A DNA stretch of 63,852 nucleotides, filler included. It is 4 parts of 4 records of this genome, joined end to end, with 100 filler letters (N's around TTAATTAATTAA, not from the genome) between each part and the next. Parts side by side here need not be neighbours in the genome. Positions count along the whole stretch, not along the records: positions 18,864 to 34,842 come from DRR378314_1627; 3 more parts are not named here. One strand, given 5' to 3'. The notes beneath the pieces are model-generated. The model ran no database searches, was not told the origin of the DNA, and was given only the letters and a program-made list of their open reading frames with translations. Positions 21,899 to 34,942 of the stretch are shown in pieces (the stretch's first letter is position 1; each line of letters starts with the position of its first letter). The translations under genes were made by a program, and so were the position numbers.

Positions 21899-22145
21899 CG
21901 GTTGCACCTGCCAGAAGACGTGCAACAGCAAATAAGCTCTCCCTCTCTCTCTATCCAGCCTAAAGCACCGCGGCAGTTGTTCCACTTCCGTTCACGACGC
22001 TGAGAAAAAAAAGGTGTGCCTTCATACGCTCAAGGCGAATCCCAGTGATGGAAATAAATCTTGCATCGCTTGCCCGTGCATTAGCAGCACGTACATGCTT
22101 GGGATCGCCTGTACATGCGTCGCAAAGTTCTGCAACAAAGCTCCG

Positions 22146-25100
22146 TTACACGAGCTTCGCTCCCGCCAAAAGGGCAACAGCTTTCGCCCATGCGTCGCGG
22201 AGCTGCTCCGACGGAAGTGCGAGCTCCAGATCGCGCTCGCGCGACTTAATGGCGACGCACCGCGCATCGTCCACTGTCACAGACCAACGTTCGGAAACGT
22301 CATCGCAGCACGCGAACAAGATGTGGCATGAGCGAGCGCATATACGTTAATGCGCGAACGCGCGAGAGCGCGCACCGCCATACAAATGCGGTACCGCCAC
22401 CCCGTAGACGGCGGAATCTCCCGCGCAGGGAAAGAGAGCCACCTTGGTACGTGCAGAGCGGACCGTGCCTACCGTACCTCGACGCCCAGCGCGTGCTCGC
22501 AAACACGCAGGTCCTTTGCCCAATGCAACCTCGTACACGCTCGCCAGCTGCATGCGCAGCGCGTTCGCGTAACGGAACGCACACAGCGAGAGCGTTGATA
22601 GGGTAAAACGGAGGCGCACAGTGAAAGAGAAGAAACGGGCGCACCTCGCGCTCTCTCGCTGCCACACGTTGGTCATGCTACACCGGTGAAGCTGCAGCAG
22701 CTACCGCCCTGCAATGGATTTTCACAGCCCTACAGAATCCAGATACCGTGCAAGCGAAGTGGTTTTCGTGCAGCTCATTCTGGGCCTTTGTGCACTTTGC
22801 TCTGCAAAAAAAAAGAAAAAAAACGGGGTCGGAATGCTGCGCACAGGAGCGCATGGAAGGAAACCGCAACGCTGCGACTAGAAGCGCCAAGCCGCGATGC
22901 ACGTAGCACAGGCGGATCCAAGCACATCCTATAAGCAGATGTGCGACGCACCGACAAACCGCGAGACGCGTCATGTGCCTGTGAAATCGGCTCGTCGCCC
23001 CAGATCAGTTGCTCACCATCATCGGCTAGACCTACAAACCTGCCGCGTATGCATCGGAAAACGATCGCATATGTGAGTGAGTGCCAAGGCGGGTGGTTGG
23101 TGGCCGCGCCAACGGCTACAGGAGAAAACCTATGCATGGGCAGGGGCCTCGATTCTCTCCCACCCCTCCGAGCAAACGCTTGCTCTTCAGACGACTAGGA
23201 GTCGCGCGGACAAGAGACGCCGTACACCAACGTGCAGCGATGTGGTGCTGCCATATTCCAAGACCAGCGAAAAACAGACGAGCACGTACGCTCTGGTCCA
23301 TTCAACACACGCTATGCAGCGATATACAGCGTTACTCGCTGCACGGTACCGTGAGCAAGCAGCTGGAGAAAGAAAGAAACATACTTCGTGGCCGCACCGC
23401 TTGTGGTCGCATGAAACTTGAGTACTTCGCACCCTGTCGCAAGAGTGAAATTAAAATCAACAATGGAGGGCGCAGAGAAGTGCGAAGCGGTCGAACGAAG
23501 AAAGAAATACGCCAGTAAGGGCACCCACAGCAGCAATCTGGCTGTACTAGGCCCATGCACGACAGTGCGCCGCATCCACTCACTTCGGAGGGTACTGCAG
23601 TCCACGGTTCGCAACAAATGGCATGCAACGCACGACTTCCGCATCGTTGTACCACGAAATTCCTCACGATTGCCTTGTTGAATGAACCACTTTGTACGCT
23701 CCAAATGCGCCACATCGTTGCACATCACGGGAAGAATCATTCCGCACGCAAGAGCCACGAGCACGGCTTGCGGAAAGGGTCACACCGCAGACTTAGCACC
23801 GTGCTCAGGCGTAGACGGATACCACATACCGCGACTCACGCGCACGCTTTGCGGTGTATATATGCCACACTGACCTTCACGCAGCAGCTCTTTGGCACGC
23901 AACATGCTCGTGTATCGCTCTTTTTCCGCATCCTCGGCTGCTTTTTGCGCACGGGCAGCTGCAGCTACCTCCTCCACGGCGGCGCGGGCCGCAGCGCGCT
24001 CCGCAGCAGCAAGCCGCTGCGGCCGCGCCGTGCGGAACCAGGACACACGCGCACACACGCACCACGTAAGCTCGCGTTCTCTGCATCTCTACTACAGCCT
24101 GTGTCCCCAAACATAAGCATGCTGGACACGCAAATAAGGCACACTGCTACGGGCCCCGCGCCACAAAAGCAACTTTCGAGAAACCCAACCTCCTATTCCC
24201 AGCGGGAAACAGCGTCTTGCCGCAACGACAAATGGATTGCACCACCTGTGCAACAACTCCTTTGTGAAGCAGGGTCGGGCGCGTATGCATTCGAAAGCGA
24301 TTTGTGCAATCCGACAAGAATCGGCACAGCAGTTTACCGTGTAGAGAACTGTGGCTGCCCCCATTGAGGTAGGGAATCGCATCAAGTGTGCTGGAACCGA
24401 AGGCGCGCGAACCAGCTCGCACTTGCAAAATACACATCCTTTGAAGAAGCACGCTGGAGGAGGAGGCGGGTTCGGGGCATCTCCATGCTCGTGCAGCAGC
24501 CGACGCACCTGCTCTTCCTCCCAAAACGCGTTCTCAAGCGCGCGACCGCGAATCTCTTCCTGTTGCGTATTCGCAGCGACAGTTTCGCTATTCACGGCGA
24601 CAGGGTTTGCCTACGTTGCAAACAGAAAAGGACATGGCAAAGCGCCGTAAGTTTTGTCGCTGACGCCACTGCTCCGCGTGGGAAAAAGGGTAGTCGGCGC
24701 GATCTTCCGGGAACAATCGCAAGGGCGGGCAGGAAGTGGTTCGGCTGGGTGCAGAGCTCGGCCCATCACACATTCTCCCACACGCGCAGCGAGGAACGGA
24801 CCTCGTGTGCGATCTGGCTTGCCGAGCGATGAATTTCATGCACAGACTCGCGCATTCTGACGGATCCTGATGAATTTACTTGCATGAGAAAGTTCACCTG
24901 CGCGATCAGCGAAAGTTCAAGGAGCGGCACGGCGGTCCGTTCGGCACAGAGTACAACGCTGCTTCTGCAAGACGTGCCGCACGGCGCACCGCATGCGTGC
25001 GACAACAAAGCACAATCCCGGCGAACTGCACGCCGTGCACAGGCGTGTGCACTCTGTACCTTCTTCGAGGATGATAGCAACCAAAGGGCTACGGATGCTG

Positions 25101-28100
25101 GACGACCGCACGCTGGTGCCTGCAGTCTGTAGCAGCTGGGGTTTGTGATGCTTACCTTGCCACCGCCGTCTTGCTCCGTCGCATCTCTCCACGACCCTCG
25201 AGTTGAGACAGCAACCTGATTTCCAGGAATACGCAAGTGGGCTGGGAGCGGCTTTTCCTGTACGTCGGCGGCGGATGATGCGTGCGCGACGGTAGGGGAC
25301 CGGACGCCCGCATGGCGGAGTGCAACAAACCGTTCATCCCCAGAGTCATCTTCGCTGTCACCCTCTTCGTCAACTTGGATCGCATACGCGGAAATACTGC
25401 CACTTGGATCGTGACGATTTGTCATACGGGTAGCAGCCGACTGCTGCTGCCCAGTGACATTCTCGCGTTGCACAACGGCTGTAGCAGTCGGAACGCGAGT
25501 GTCTGCAACTTGGTCACTCGAGGATTCCTCTGCAGTTTCCCACCCACGTCGATTGGACACTGCATCTCTACTTTGCGCACCCGGAGTGGTATTTTCTGCA
25601 GACTCTCCGCCTCCTTGGCTCGCTGCAGCGTCTTCGTTGGTAGACTCACGCGTCTCGCCTAGTTCGCGATTGGCGAGGTCATTCTCCGAGGTCCGTTGCC
25701 ACTTGGTGTCAACAGCGAGTGCGCCCCCAGCGCGAGCTCCGTGAGGCGGTTGCGCCAGCATTACATTTTGAGAAGTCGACGGTGCTACATCCACGTCTTC
25801 ATCGCTGTCGGTGGGAGGCGGGGGAGGTGGTGAGCTGGAAGTCGCCGCGTTGCCAACGTCGCCTCCTTCTTCGACCCACGAAACTTCGCACGCATCGTTG
25901 CCCTCCAGCTTCGCCATATCGGCCATCTCCGCGCCATCTAAGCTTTCTTCGTCACTGAGTCGAGCAGGCGACGGTGGATCCATGAGACTGCTTTCCTGGT
26001 GTGAATTGGACTGTTCTTCCGTTGTCGAAGACAAGCTATACTTTCGATTCCAAACCACCTCGCTCCCGCGGCGAAGCACTTCGTCGTAGTCTTCCGTTGG
26101 CGGCGCCGTTGGAAGGCTGCGCAGGGACGAAAGCCTCGGCAATGATCCACTTGCTTTATCTACGTGTGGATCATATGCTTCACGTACATCTTCACTCTTG
26201 ATGCCGCGATGCAGTGATTCGGGGACTTCGTGAGCCGTCATGGCAAAACCGCTGACGTCGTTCGCTCCGTGCTCAACTGACGGGCCTGTCGCCAAAGGCG
26301 CACTTTGCGCTCCAACCTTGGTGGACACAGCGCGATCGCCAGACAAGCGATGGATGCTTACATGGCTACGACCTGTACTGAGCGAACCAGAAATATCATT
26401 CTCTGCTGGAGTATTGTGTGGCGCCGTAACTTCCTCAGCAGGGACACTTTGCGGGCGCGCACCCGTGCTATCTGTGCTGCCCACATCACCAGCAACCACA
26501 CGCTCACTGCCGGAGTCGCCGGCAGCCGCCGACGCTTGGGTGCGTTCGTCGCTCAGCGCTTCATCTTCTTCGCGAATTATCTGCGTAGCCAGCGTTCTCT
26601 GCACTTTATCTGAAGCATCTGGCGTGAACGTGTCTTCGGGCGAGCACCCACTGCTAGAAACAGAGACATCTGCTTCCGTCTGTCGCCATGACATGTGCGC
26701 GGCCGTTCCATCGCCGGGAGGTGTGGCAGCGTACGCCAGTGCATCGTCTTCATCGTCACCACCTGTCTCGACCCCGCCATACGCAGAAGTCAAGACCCCG
26801 CGAAGCGATGGATTCGCCGATACAGCGCGAGAAGATGTCGGAGGCGAGATCTCAACACTTTCTGTCGAAACGCTCGATGCTGCAACACCACCGTCCGGAC
26901 CCGGTAGACCGCCAGCGTCCACAGAGTAGTACCGACCTACCTGACCTGCGTAGCGTCCGACCGCCACATTGCAAAAGCAAACAGATCGCAGGGCGAAGCA
27001 CATTCATGGAAAGAAAGTACGGTGAGTGCATTCGCACACAGTGTAACGGAGCTTGCATTTCGTAGAACTAACCCTACACGGTAGATTGCGATGCAATTCA
27101 TGCGCCGCGCCTACGTTTGGGGAGACGAACGACAATAATAATAACCAAAATTTCATCATAGGTTGGCCGTGTCTGCGCACCGGAAACAGTGATTTTCGCG
27201 GAACGTTACAGGTTATATGGCGCACAGCGAATATGCCCACTACACGCAAAACATGATCCAAGGACCAAATTCACTTGCACACCAAGATCGCCTGGCGTGA
27301 ATATTTGGCAGTCGAACGCACCGTGCTCCACGCGCACGCTGCCGACAAGAGTACTTTGCGAGTTGCTGGCAAACGACGGGAGAGTCGATAAACTATTGCT
27401 CCTCCTTACAATTGCGTCGCTACCTCGAAAAGTGGAAGGCGATCGATTCGTGGGGGTGAGATGATCGTCGAACAGTGCCTTTCCTTTTGGCCGCCGGAGG
27501 AAGCGAGCGGCGGCAGCTGCGTTTGCGTAGGAAGGCTCAGACACAACGGATCCATAGTCCGCGGTGGCTACGTCGGACCCCATGGCGTGGAGCAAGGCCT
27601 CTATCCACTCGTGCCTTTCTTCGTTGGTTGAAGCCGCCAATATATAGGTACGCGCAGGTGACCGCAACGCAAAGGCAAACCCAGCGTCGGTGAAGCCATC
27701 AGCAGGGGCGACATTGGAAAAGGACGACACGTTGAGCGCGTTGAGCGGGACAGGGTCTCCCATCCGTCGATAGTAAGCCAACTTTGTGCCGTCGAGACTG
27801 AAAAAACGAAACTTCCAGCTCTTGACATTCTGACCGCGCTTTCGCAAGTAGCCTTCGCGCCGCCCTTGTCCCAGCAAAATAGCGCGACGTTCCTCGCGGC
27901 TTGGCCGCTGAAACTCCGACTGCCGGGTGTCGGAAGCGGCGAGAAACCCCTCGATCGCGTCGATCCACGATTCGCGTTCGTCTTCGGAAGTCGCAGCCAG
28001 AACAAATGTACGCAGCCCCGGGGCGGATATCGAAAACGCAAATCCCTTCTCGGCATATTCGCCAAGGGGAGCGACAGCTTTATATGTCCCGAGGTCGATT

Positions 28101-29741
28101 GTGCCGGTCAGAGACCCACCCTACGCGCCAGGGCATACAAGAGCAACACACGGGTTCCCAAGGCACCGCATCGTAAGCGCTCGACTGCTGCTGTCGCGTC
28201 CGCCCGGCGAGCTGCTACTAAGGGGGCAACGAGCTGCATTCTACGCTAGCTGTGGACATTGACGAAAGGTGCTGCTTTCGTCACAGCTGTGACCGAGTGC
28301 TAGAGGGTGCGGCAGTGGGTTAGAGAAGGCTTGCGCGGGTTGGGCGGCGCGAGTGCTCGCACTGCAAGGTGCGCCGGCTCCGGCGGTATCTCCCACGTGT
28401 CGGTCGTGGACGTGCTGACCTCGGGTGCGTCGCTGTGGCAGAGCAGCATTGCTCCCGGAGCGGCTCGCCAGGTTTGCGGCCAAAAGAAATCAACAAACTC
28501 GTCAGCCTATCAATATCTATATCAATATCCAGACGATCGGTCGCAGCATCGATATACGGAGAATAACCTTTGCTGCAGCACCTGCGAAGGCCAAGAGGCC
28601 GTCCGGTAGCCGCAGCGTGCAGCAGCGTCCGCGCCATCGCACCCCAAGCTCGCGCAGCCCCCGCTCCATTCGGGAGTCAAAGAGAATGATCGCGTGGCCT
28701 GCGAGAGCGGATCAACTGTGACATACATCTTTCTTCTTATAGTACTCGAGCTGCGGCCCCTTGAGGATGAACCATCGACGCTGAAAAGCCGGGTTGACTT
28801 CACCTGCAGGATCGGAGCGTGTCAACAGCAGCCGCGAACACCGTGAGTGAACACCTGCAAACGCAACAGTGCTGCTCTGCGGAGACGCAGAGGAGGCATA
28901 TCGCTTCGAACAATTTTTTGGATACATTCTTGAAGAGTACTCAAATTTTGCGTAATCTATTTACACGCATATTGCAGATGAAGTAAAGTTCGGGGTAAGG
29001 AGAGCCAAAGACACGGCGGTGACGCGACAGGGTTCCACGCCGAGGAAGGAGAAACAAGTGCAGGGCGTCAACACCTCGCTTCAGCGAAAAGTGGCTGGAA
29101 GCAGGACGGCCGTCTGTAGTGGCAAGAGGCGCAAACTTGGGCTCAGACCGAAATTTAATACTACTTGTACCATTATACAGTCTGTATAAGAATATGAGAA
29201 AGTTTGAAGGTAAGGGGAACAAATTTGCTGGTGCACACGTCTTTGCGCTGCGCTAGAGCATGAGCTGGTAAACGGCAGGCGCATGCAACCTCGAGGTTGC
29301 GCAGCGGGAGCAGCGAAAGACAGAATACAGCCACCACGCGGCGGAAGGAAAGTAATGTAGAACCGTTTCTCTGCGCTTTCTTATCGCAAGGTCAAGGAAA
29401 ACTGCACGGTTGAAAAAAGCCACGAATGCAATGAGAGTTTGTTTCCCTTTGCGCTCGCGAGCGCCCGGGGATGGCATGCACTCACGCAGGGCAGGTGTTT
29501 TCGAGAGCGAGCAGCCTTGCGCGCGCGGAGGAGCTGCCAGAGCGCGCCAGGGAAGGAAAGGAGGGGGCTGGCACAGCAAACGCGCCAGCCCTGGGCGCAA
29601 CTGGCAGCCTGCAGAGCGGGAGTCGTCCGCCCGCGCATTTCAAAATTGCGATATGCGCATTCTCACCGGACCAAGAGGTGTGTGTGTCGATCAAGACCAG
29701 GCATGCATGAGCATACCTTTCTTGAGGAGAAATCCTTCCAT
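22146..29741 (-). CDS. Eukaryotic multi-PH-domain protein, spliced; exons 29741-29717, 28803-28727, 28120-~27275, ~26940-25156, 24610-24509, 24016-23875, 23433-23385, 23039-22952, 22547-22478, 22273-22146
   Basis: PH1 MEGFLLKKG|EVNPAFQRRWFILKG...ERESWIDAI; PH2 EGYLRKRGQNVKSWKFRFF...ERHEWIEAL; long acidic low-complexity exon; coiled coil; PH3 GCEVLKF..FVGLADDGEQLIWG..VYEVALGK..RDLELALPSEQLRDAWAKAV. Phases match except the 26940-27275 intron, whose ends are approximate. Confidence 0.82.
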
Positions 29742-30330
29742 GTGGCGAGCGTGGCGGCTTGCAGCAGAGAGCCTGCAGCGTTGCCGCGTGTGCGCACGAG
29801 CCCAGTGACCAGCCCTCGCCATGTGCTCACTTTGTCGTTTCTCACGATAGGGCTACAGCTGTACGGGACCGCGCTGCTTTGCCTCCGCGTGCCGGCGCGT
29901 GTTCAGCTGGCACCCCTTGCACGGTTGCGAACTTTGCTGGAGATAGAGAGCACGCGCATTGACGTCCCATTTCGGCAAGTGATTGCTGCAATGCGACAAG
30001 CCGAAGATATTGTGAAAGGATTGAGGGAAGAATTGGCGTGACGTGGGAAGCGAACAGCAAGCTGCAGTTACCATTGTTGCGCTGGTTGTGTGCTCAGTTC
30101 GCGTGCCCGTAAGCTCCGCTGTGAATTATTGTGAACTGGTCTTCTCTTTGTGCTTCTCTGGCGCTCAGGATGGTCCCATCGCTGGGCTGCTGGGGCAGCC
30201 TTCGCCGCAGCCTGGAATAGGTGGCGGGAAGCGCGTTTCCAGCTAGCAAGTCGACGTCTTCTTTCCGCCCCCACTCGGCCTCCGCTTTTCCTTGACCGCA
30301 GCTCGCGTTTGGTTTTCCTTACTGGCTGAC

Positions 30331-33300
30331 ATGTACCCTGGACAGCGCACGACCGCGCCATGGGCAGCAGCTGCTGCCCCTCCGGCCAAAGTATGTCCAA
30401 GGGTTCGCTCGCTTGGTGGAGCACGTGCCATACCGCGCGGCGATGCTCTGCGGCACAGCTCCCGGCAGGCGCTCCTTTGCGTGCCATAACGGCCAGCGTG
30501 CTTGTTTTCGCTCAGAAGACCGTGCGCTAGGAATTTCCAGAACATGTGAATTCACACTGCTGTGGTTGCCGGTACCTTGGAGTCTGGTTATTTCTGCGTT
30601 TGGGGGAGAGGGGACGCAACGACAGAGCGACTTGGTTAAAGGCCAGGAGCAGCGCTGCACGGGCCGCGACTGCTCTGATGGTCCTGTCGAATGCGACGCG
30701 GCCACTTGCTTCATCAGGTTTCTGTGCCTCACAAACTGCACCCAGACGGTATCGACATTGCTGGATGGAGCATTCGATCTACCAAGGGACCCATTCTGAA
30801 TTCAGCGGATACAGACACGTATGTTGCTTTGGGGTAGGAGTGCGGGAAGGTTGTGCTGAACAGTGTGGCGCTGTCGCGGTTCCGCGTCAATGGAGCGCGA
30901 CTCCGTCTCTTCAGCGTCAGTCTGCGCGAGCTCGTGCAAGGCAAGATGCCTGCAGCGAAGCGTGTGTATGCTGTGCGGTTTTGCACAGACGATTGATGAT
31001 ATCTAGTTCGATGATATTGTTGTTGATCCTGGGAGTTTTCTGTCGATTATTCTCGCTTGATATCCGGGAATAGCAATGCGGGGCGCAGTGCAGTGGCAGA
31101 GCCCTTTTGCAGTGCTTACGCAGGTGATTGTTCCGTCGTCCCTCGCAGGTGGAGCGACGAGCTTGGCATGAAAAAGCTCCCGACCATGGTGTTTGGGTAC
31201 AGCAAACTGTAAGGCTCTCCTTCCACATCGATGTTTCACGAGTATTAGGGTCAGGTGAAAAGGAAGGATGTGCTCGCGGCTTCATGCATTGCGGATGTGC
31301 TTGGGGAATCGACACGACACGACTGCTGCAGTGCCTGCTGTCCTTTCGACGCGGTTGTGCCGAGCTGCTGGCTTGCCCTTCTCTTTGTTGCTGAGCGAAC
31401 CGGCACAGCGTGCGCACCTAGTGCATTCCTCTCTAGTGGTAGCACATACCTCGCGATGAACGGTTCCCTATCACTTTCGCAGTAGCATTGTCTCTCACAT
31501 GTACAACGGAACTTGTGTGCGCAACATTTGCATGTGGCTGCTGCGCAGCGAGCTGAAGCACAAGGGCGGCGTTGTACTCTCGCTCGACGTCCGAAGCGCT
31601 CTGCAACACTGCTTTCTGAGTGTCGACAAAGGTGCGTCGAGGGGCACTCGCGTGTGACCGAAATGCGATGATTTCCTCAATGACAGGGGCCGTCATATTG
31701 CTTACAGATCTGGAGGGTGTTGAGCGCGTGCATTTTTTCCCGCATCACTCTTGTTGGTTTTGTACGAGGCGGGTGCGCTCATGGTTCAGCGCGCGCCATG
31801 TGCATAATGGACTTCTGGGTTGGCCTGCTCGTCGACCCCACTGGGCCCATTGGCAATCGCTGCGTTCGTAGGTATTCGCCCGCCCGCCGTCGTGGTCGCG
31901 TTTGCAGAAAAGTGGTCCGCTGAAAGGTATGAAGCGCAAACGTACATGTGACGGCGTTTGCAAGCGATGCGAGAAGTGCGAGATCCCGCACATTCGTTGA
32001 TGCTGGAAGTGCTCGTGCCGAGAGCGCGTGGAGCACGATTTGTTTGGCACGGAAGCGGCGACGCTGCGCGTGCAAAATGTCTTGCATCTTTCGGCATTTC
32101 CGCATTGCCGGATATGTAAGCATCGCAGCAAAAGAAATATCAGTAGTGTCATGTATACTGCTGTTACACAGTTGTGAAGGTGTCCCGGAACACTTGCGAC
32201 TGCCTTTGCGCTTCCCCACCCTGTCGCCTGTTGTGCTAGAGGTTTGCCGTATTTCACGTATGTGGCTCCTGCGTTACTGCGTGCTCACGCCGCCGTATGT
32301 TTCCCTACATGTCTTGTGTGCCGTATGCGGGCAGACCCGAGGCATCATCGCTTTCTGTAGTGGATGAGCATGTGGACTGGACGTTTACAACGACGTATCG
32401 CGGTACTCTGTCGCGAAGCGATGGCTCGTACGTTGACTGTGTCCATGGCGCTGGTCTCTGGAGCTGCTGATTGGCACCATGCGCTGCGTTCTTCTATCCT
32501 TGCCGGGGAACTGAGATTCAAGGGCGTATCGCTTCACCGTGTGCAGAGAGCCAGCACAAGCTGCTTCAACAGAGAAGCTCGATATGGAGCTGCTGTCACG
32601 CCGGGATCCGATTCTCTTCTTCGACGAGGTGCGCAGGCGTATGGAGCGCTTACTTGTAGGTCTGCAAGGATTTCGTCGTGCGACATGTCTGTGTTCCTTT
32701 TTTCTGTACGGTTTCCGTATCCGTTTGATCTGGTGGTGGTAATCTGGCACTGGTGTACCCATATCTCCCTTACCATGATGCGATCGTAGTTGAGCGCGAA
32801 TGGTACTCTTTGGTCTCTGTTCTCGCGCTCTTGCGCGGGCTGACCGCTGGCGCGGCGCGTTGCGAGATTTGTCCGTTTGGTAATGCACGCGCTTCGAATA
32901 CGCAATCGCTCAACTGGAATATTGTTCGCGAAGAAATCATACTCTCAAACTTTTTTCCGCTGTGTGGTACACGATGTGCATGTGCGCGTACGAATAGCGT
33001 ATTCGTAGACCCTGCCTTGCAAGTGCGTAGTGCAATGCTGCGCTTTCCCTGCACGTTTCTGAGTTCCTGTGTCCAGATCCGCTGACCCTAGTGCTGCGCT
33101 ATTTTGTTTCTTCTGATGTTCTTCTGCTGCCAACCCAACGGTGGCTGACGGCGTGTAGATACACTTGTTTGATGATGAGCTCGACGACAACGGCCTCGCC
33201 TCTCTTACGGTGAAAATCGTGTGTTCTCTGTGAATACCCCGTGCGCAATGCGCGTCGCCCGTCATTGTGACCTGATTGTGTTGTGGAGAGGGGCACGTGA

Positions 33301-33902
33301 GATTCTGCAACTAATACTGGAGTATTTCAGCTTTTCTATTCTGCTCGCTACATGGTGTGTATCGATTAGACGAGCGGAACGGAGTATAGGCTGGTTCACT
33401 CGGGGCACGTGCACGCGCCGCCTCCGCAGCTGGCGGCGCTCCAGCCACCTTGGGTTCAACTTCGAAGGCACCCTATGCGGATTGCCGTGACGCCGTGCGC
33501 TCGTTGTCTGACCCTTCTCGTCGGCCTTCTTCCTCGTCTTGCGGCACAGCGCGTCATGCCAACGTACTGGTTCGTTCTTTTGCGGTATTGGGTTCGAGTG
33601 GACGAAGTCGCATACCGCGTGTACGATACGAGATTTTTCCATGCCTATGAGTCCAATGTGCGTTGCGGCGGCGAGGAATGTGTGTCCCTGCTACTCTGCG
33701 AAAACCACGGCTCCTTGTTTTGGCGGGCCAAACGCATGTCGTAGCACTTCCTTGAAGCTCGCGGCGGCATTAACAAGACATACCTTTACAATTTTTCTCG
33801 TACTTGCAACGCAACGATTGGTGTTACCTCTGGCCTATTCGTGTGCAGTCGATTCTGCGCGATACTTCGTTCCGGGACGGATCGTTTGAAGATCTCTCCA
33901 AG
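30331..33902 (+). CDS. TIPRL: Eukaryotic TIP41/TIPRL-like PP2A regulator, spliced, 3' end not resolved; exons 30331-30390, 30718-30818, 31149-31208, 31549-31631, 31872-31926, 32335-32427, 32547-32628, 33159-33218, 33550-33657, 33849-33902
   Basis: In-phase GT-AG joining gives GWSIRSTKGPIL, LPTMVFG, DWTFTTTYRG, DPILFFDE|IHLFDDELDDNG..VKI|RVMP..LLRYWVRVD..YDTRFFH, all TIP41 hallmarks. Confidence 0.9.
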
Positions 33903-34842
33903 GTGCGGAGGCGTGTGGGTGGCTCTGGGCGGTACCGTTGTGCCCTTTATGTACCACTCCGTCTCGCGCTGTCTCGTAGCGTGTTCATTCATTTGCTACT
34001 GTATGATATATATATTTTGTGAGCGGGCGAGATACAACACGCACCGGGCTCGATCGAAAGAAACGTGGAGTTGCTTTTCTTTATTAATTGCTGCATGAAT
34101 TTTTAAGCCTCGTTTGGTGCTATTGTTGGTTTATGCTCCATTATTTCTCGTATTTTTCGTACGCGAGGCTCGCAATGCATATACCGTTCGGTTGGTGACG
34201 CGCTAAAAAAGTTTGGGGGGGCGAGCATGATATTTCGCTCACGTCGGTACCGGTGCGCCCGTTCGTGCTGATGTACGTACCTTTCTGTTTCTGTTTCTCT
34301 AACCCAGAAAATCCCGGCGAAAAAACTTAGTAAAATCGAAGATGGGGGCGAAATCGCGCAAATTCTTCCTGAGCGTGTGCACCTTTGTGACAGGATCTTG
34401 CTTTCCTAGTCGGTTTGTGCGGCGAAGCGATTGCGTGGACAAGACGTGGCAAATCCAGTATGTTTCTATACTTACACACGTGCAAGCCACCGACGTGCCA
34501 TTCATGGCCGAACCACGGTCGGGTGATGCAAAGCTGCAATGAACGATACGGCATGTTCGCAGCGGGTATTCTATCCCAGTAGGCTGAGCTGGTGCGCATG
34601 GTCATTCCAAGGTTCGCCGGAAATCACAACTAGGCGTTTCAGCGGGGCCTGTTCTTTTGCACGCAAGGAATATCCCATGCCCTTGCTCTCTTGATATCCG
34701 TGCACAACGATGCGTGAAACAAACGCCGGTGCTCGTCGTGGGAAACGCGCAGAAAGAGCACGAGATTGCCGCTGACGAATCGCGGAAGCACTGCGATAGA
34801 GCTTGGCGCTGCACGAACAGCCCATGGGATATCCCATTGTAG

Positions 34843-34942
34843 NNNNNNNNNNNNNNNNNNNNNNNNNNNNNNNNNNNNNNNNNNNNTTAATTAATTAANN
34901 NNNNNNNNNNNNNNNNNNNNNNNNNNNNNNNNNNNNNNNNNN
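34843..34942. other. Artificial contig spacer
   Basis: N run containing TTAATTAATTAA. Confidence 0.98.

Noticed and set aside
29851-30041. Plus-strand stretch LYGTALL...RQAEDIVKGLREELA* after an AG, resembling a terminal exon
   Set aside because: I found no upstream exon or family motif, and it lies in the presumed shared promoter of two supported genes.
18996-34842. The many short ORFs in the ORF track for the eukaryotic contig
   Set aside because: They are exon-plus-intron read-throughs or antisense noise. The spliced models account for the coding signal.
33903-34842. Candidate last exons of TIP41
   Set aside because: Several AG acceptors are possible but none gives recognisable TIP41 sequence, so the 3' end is left unresolved.
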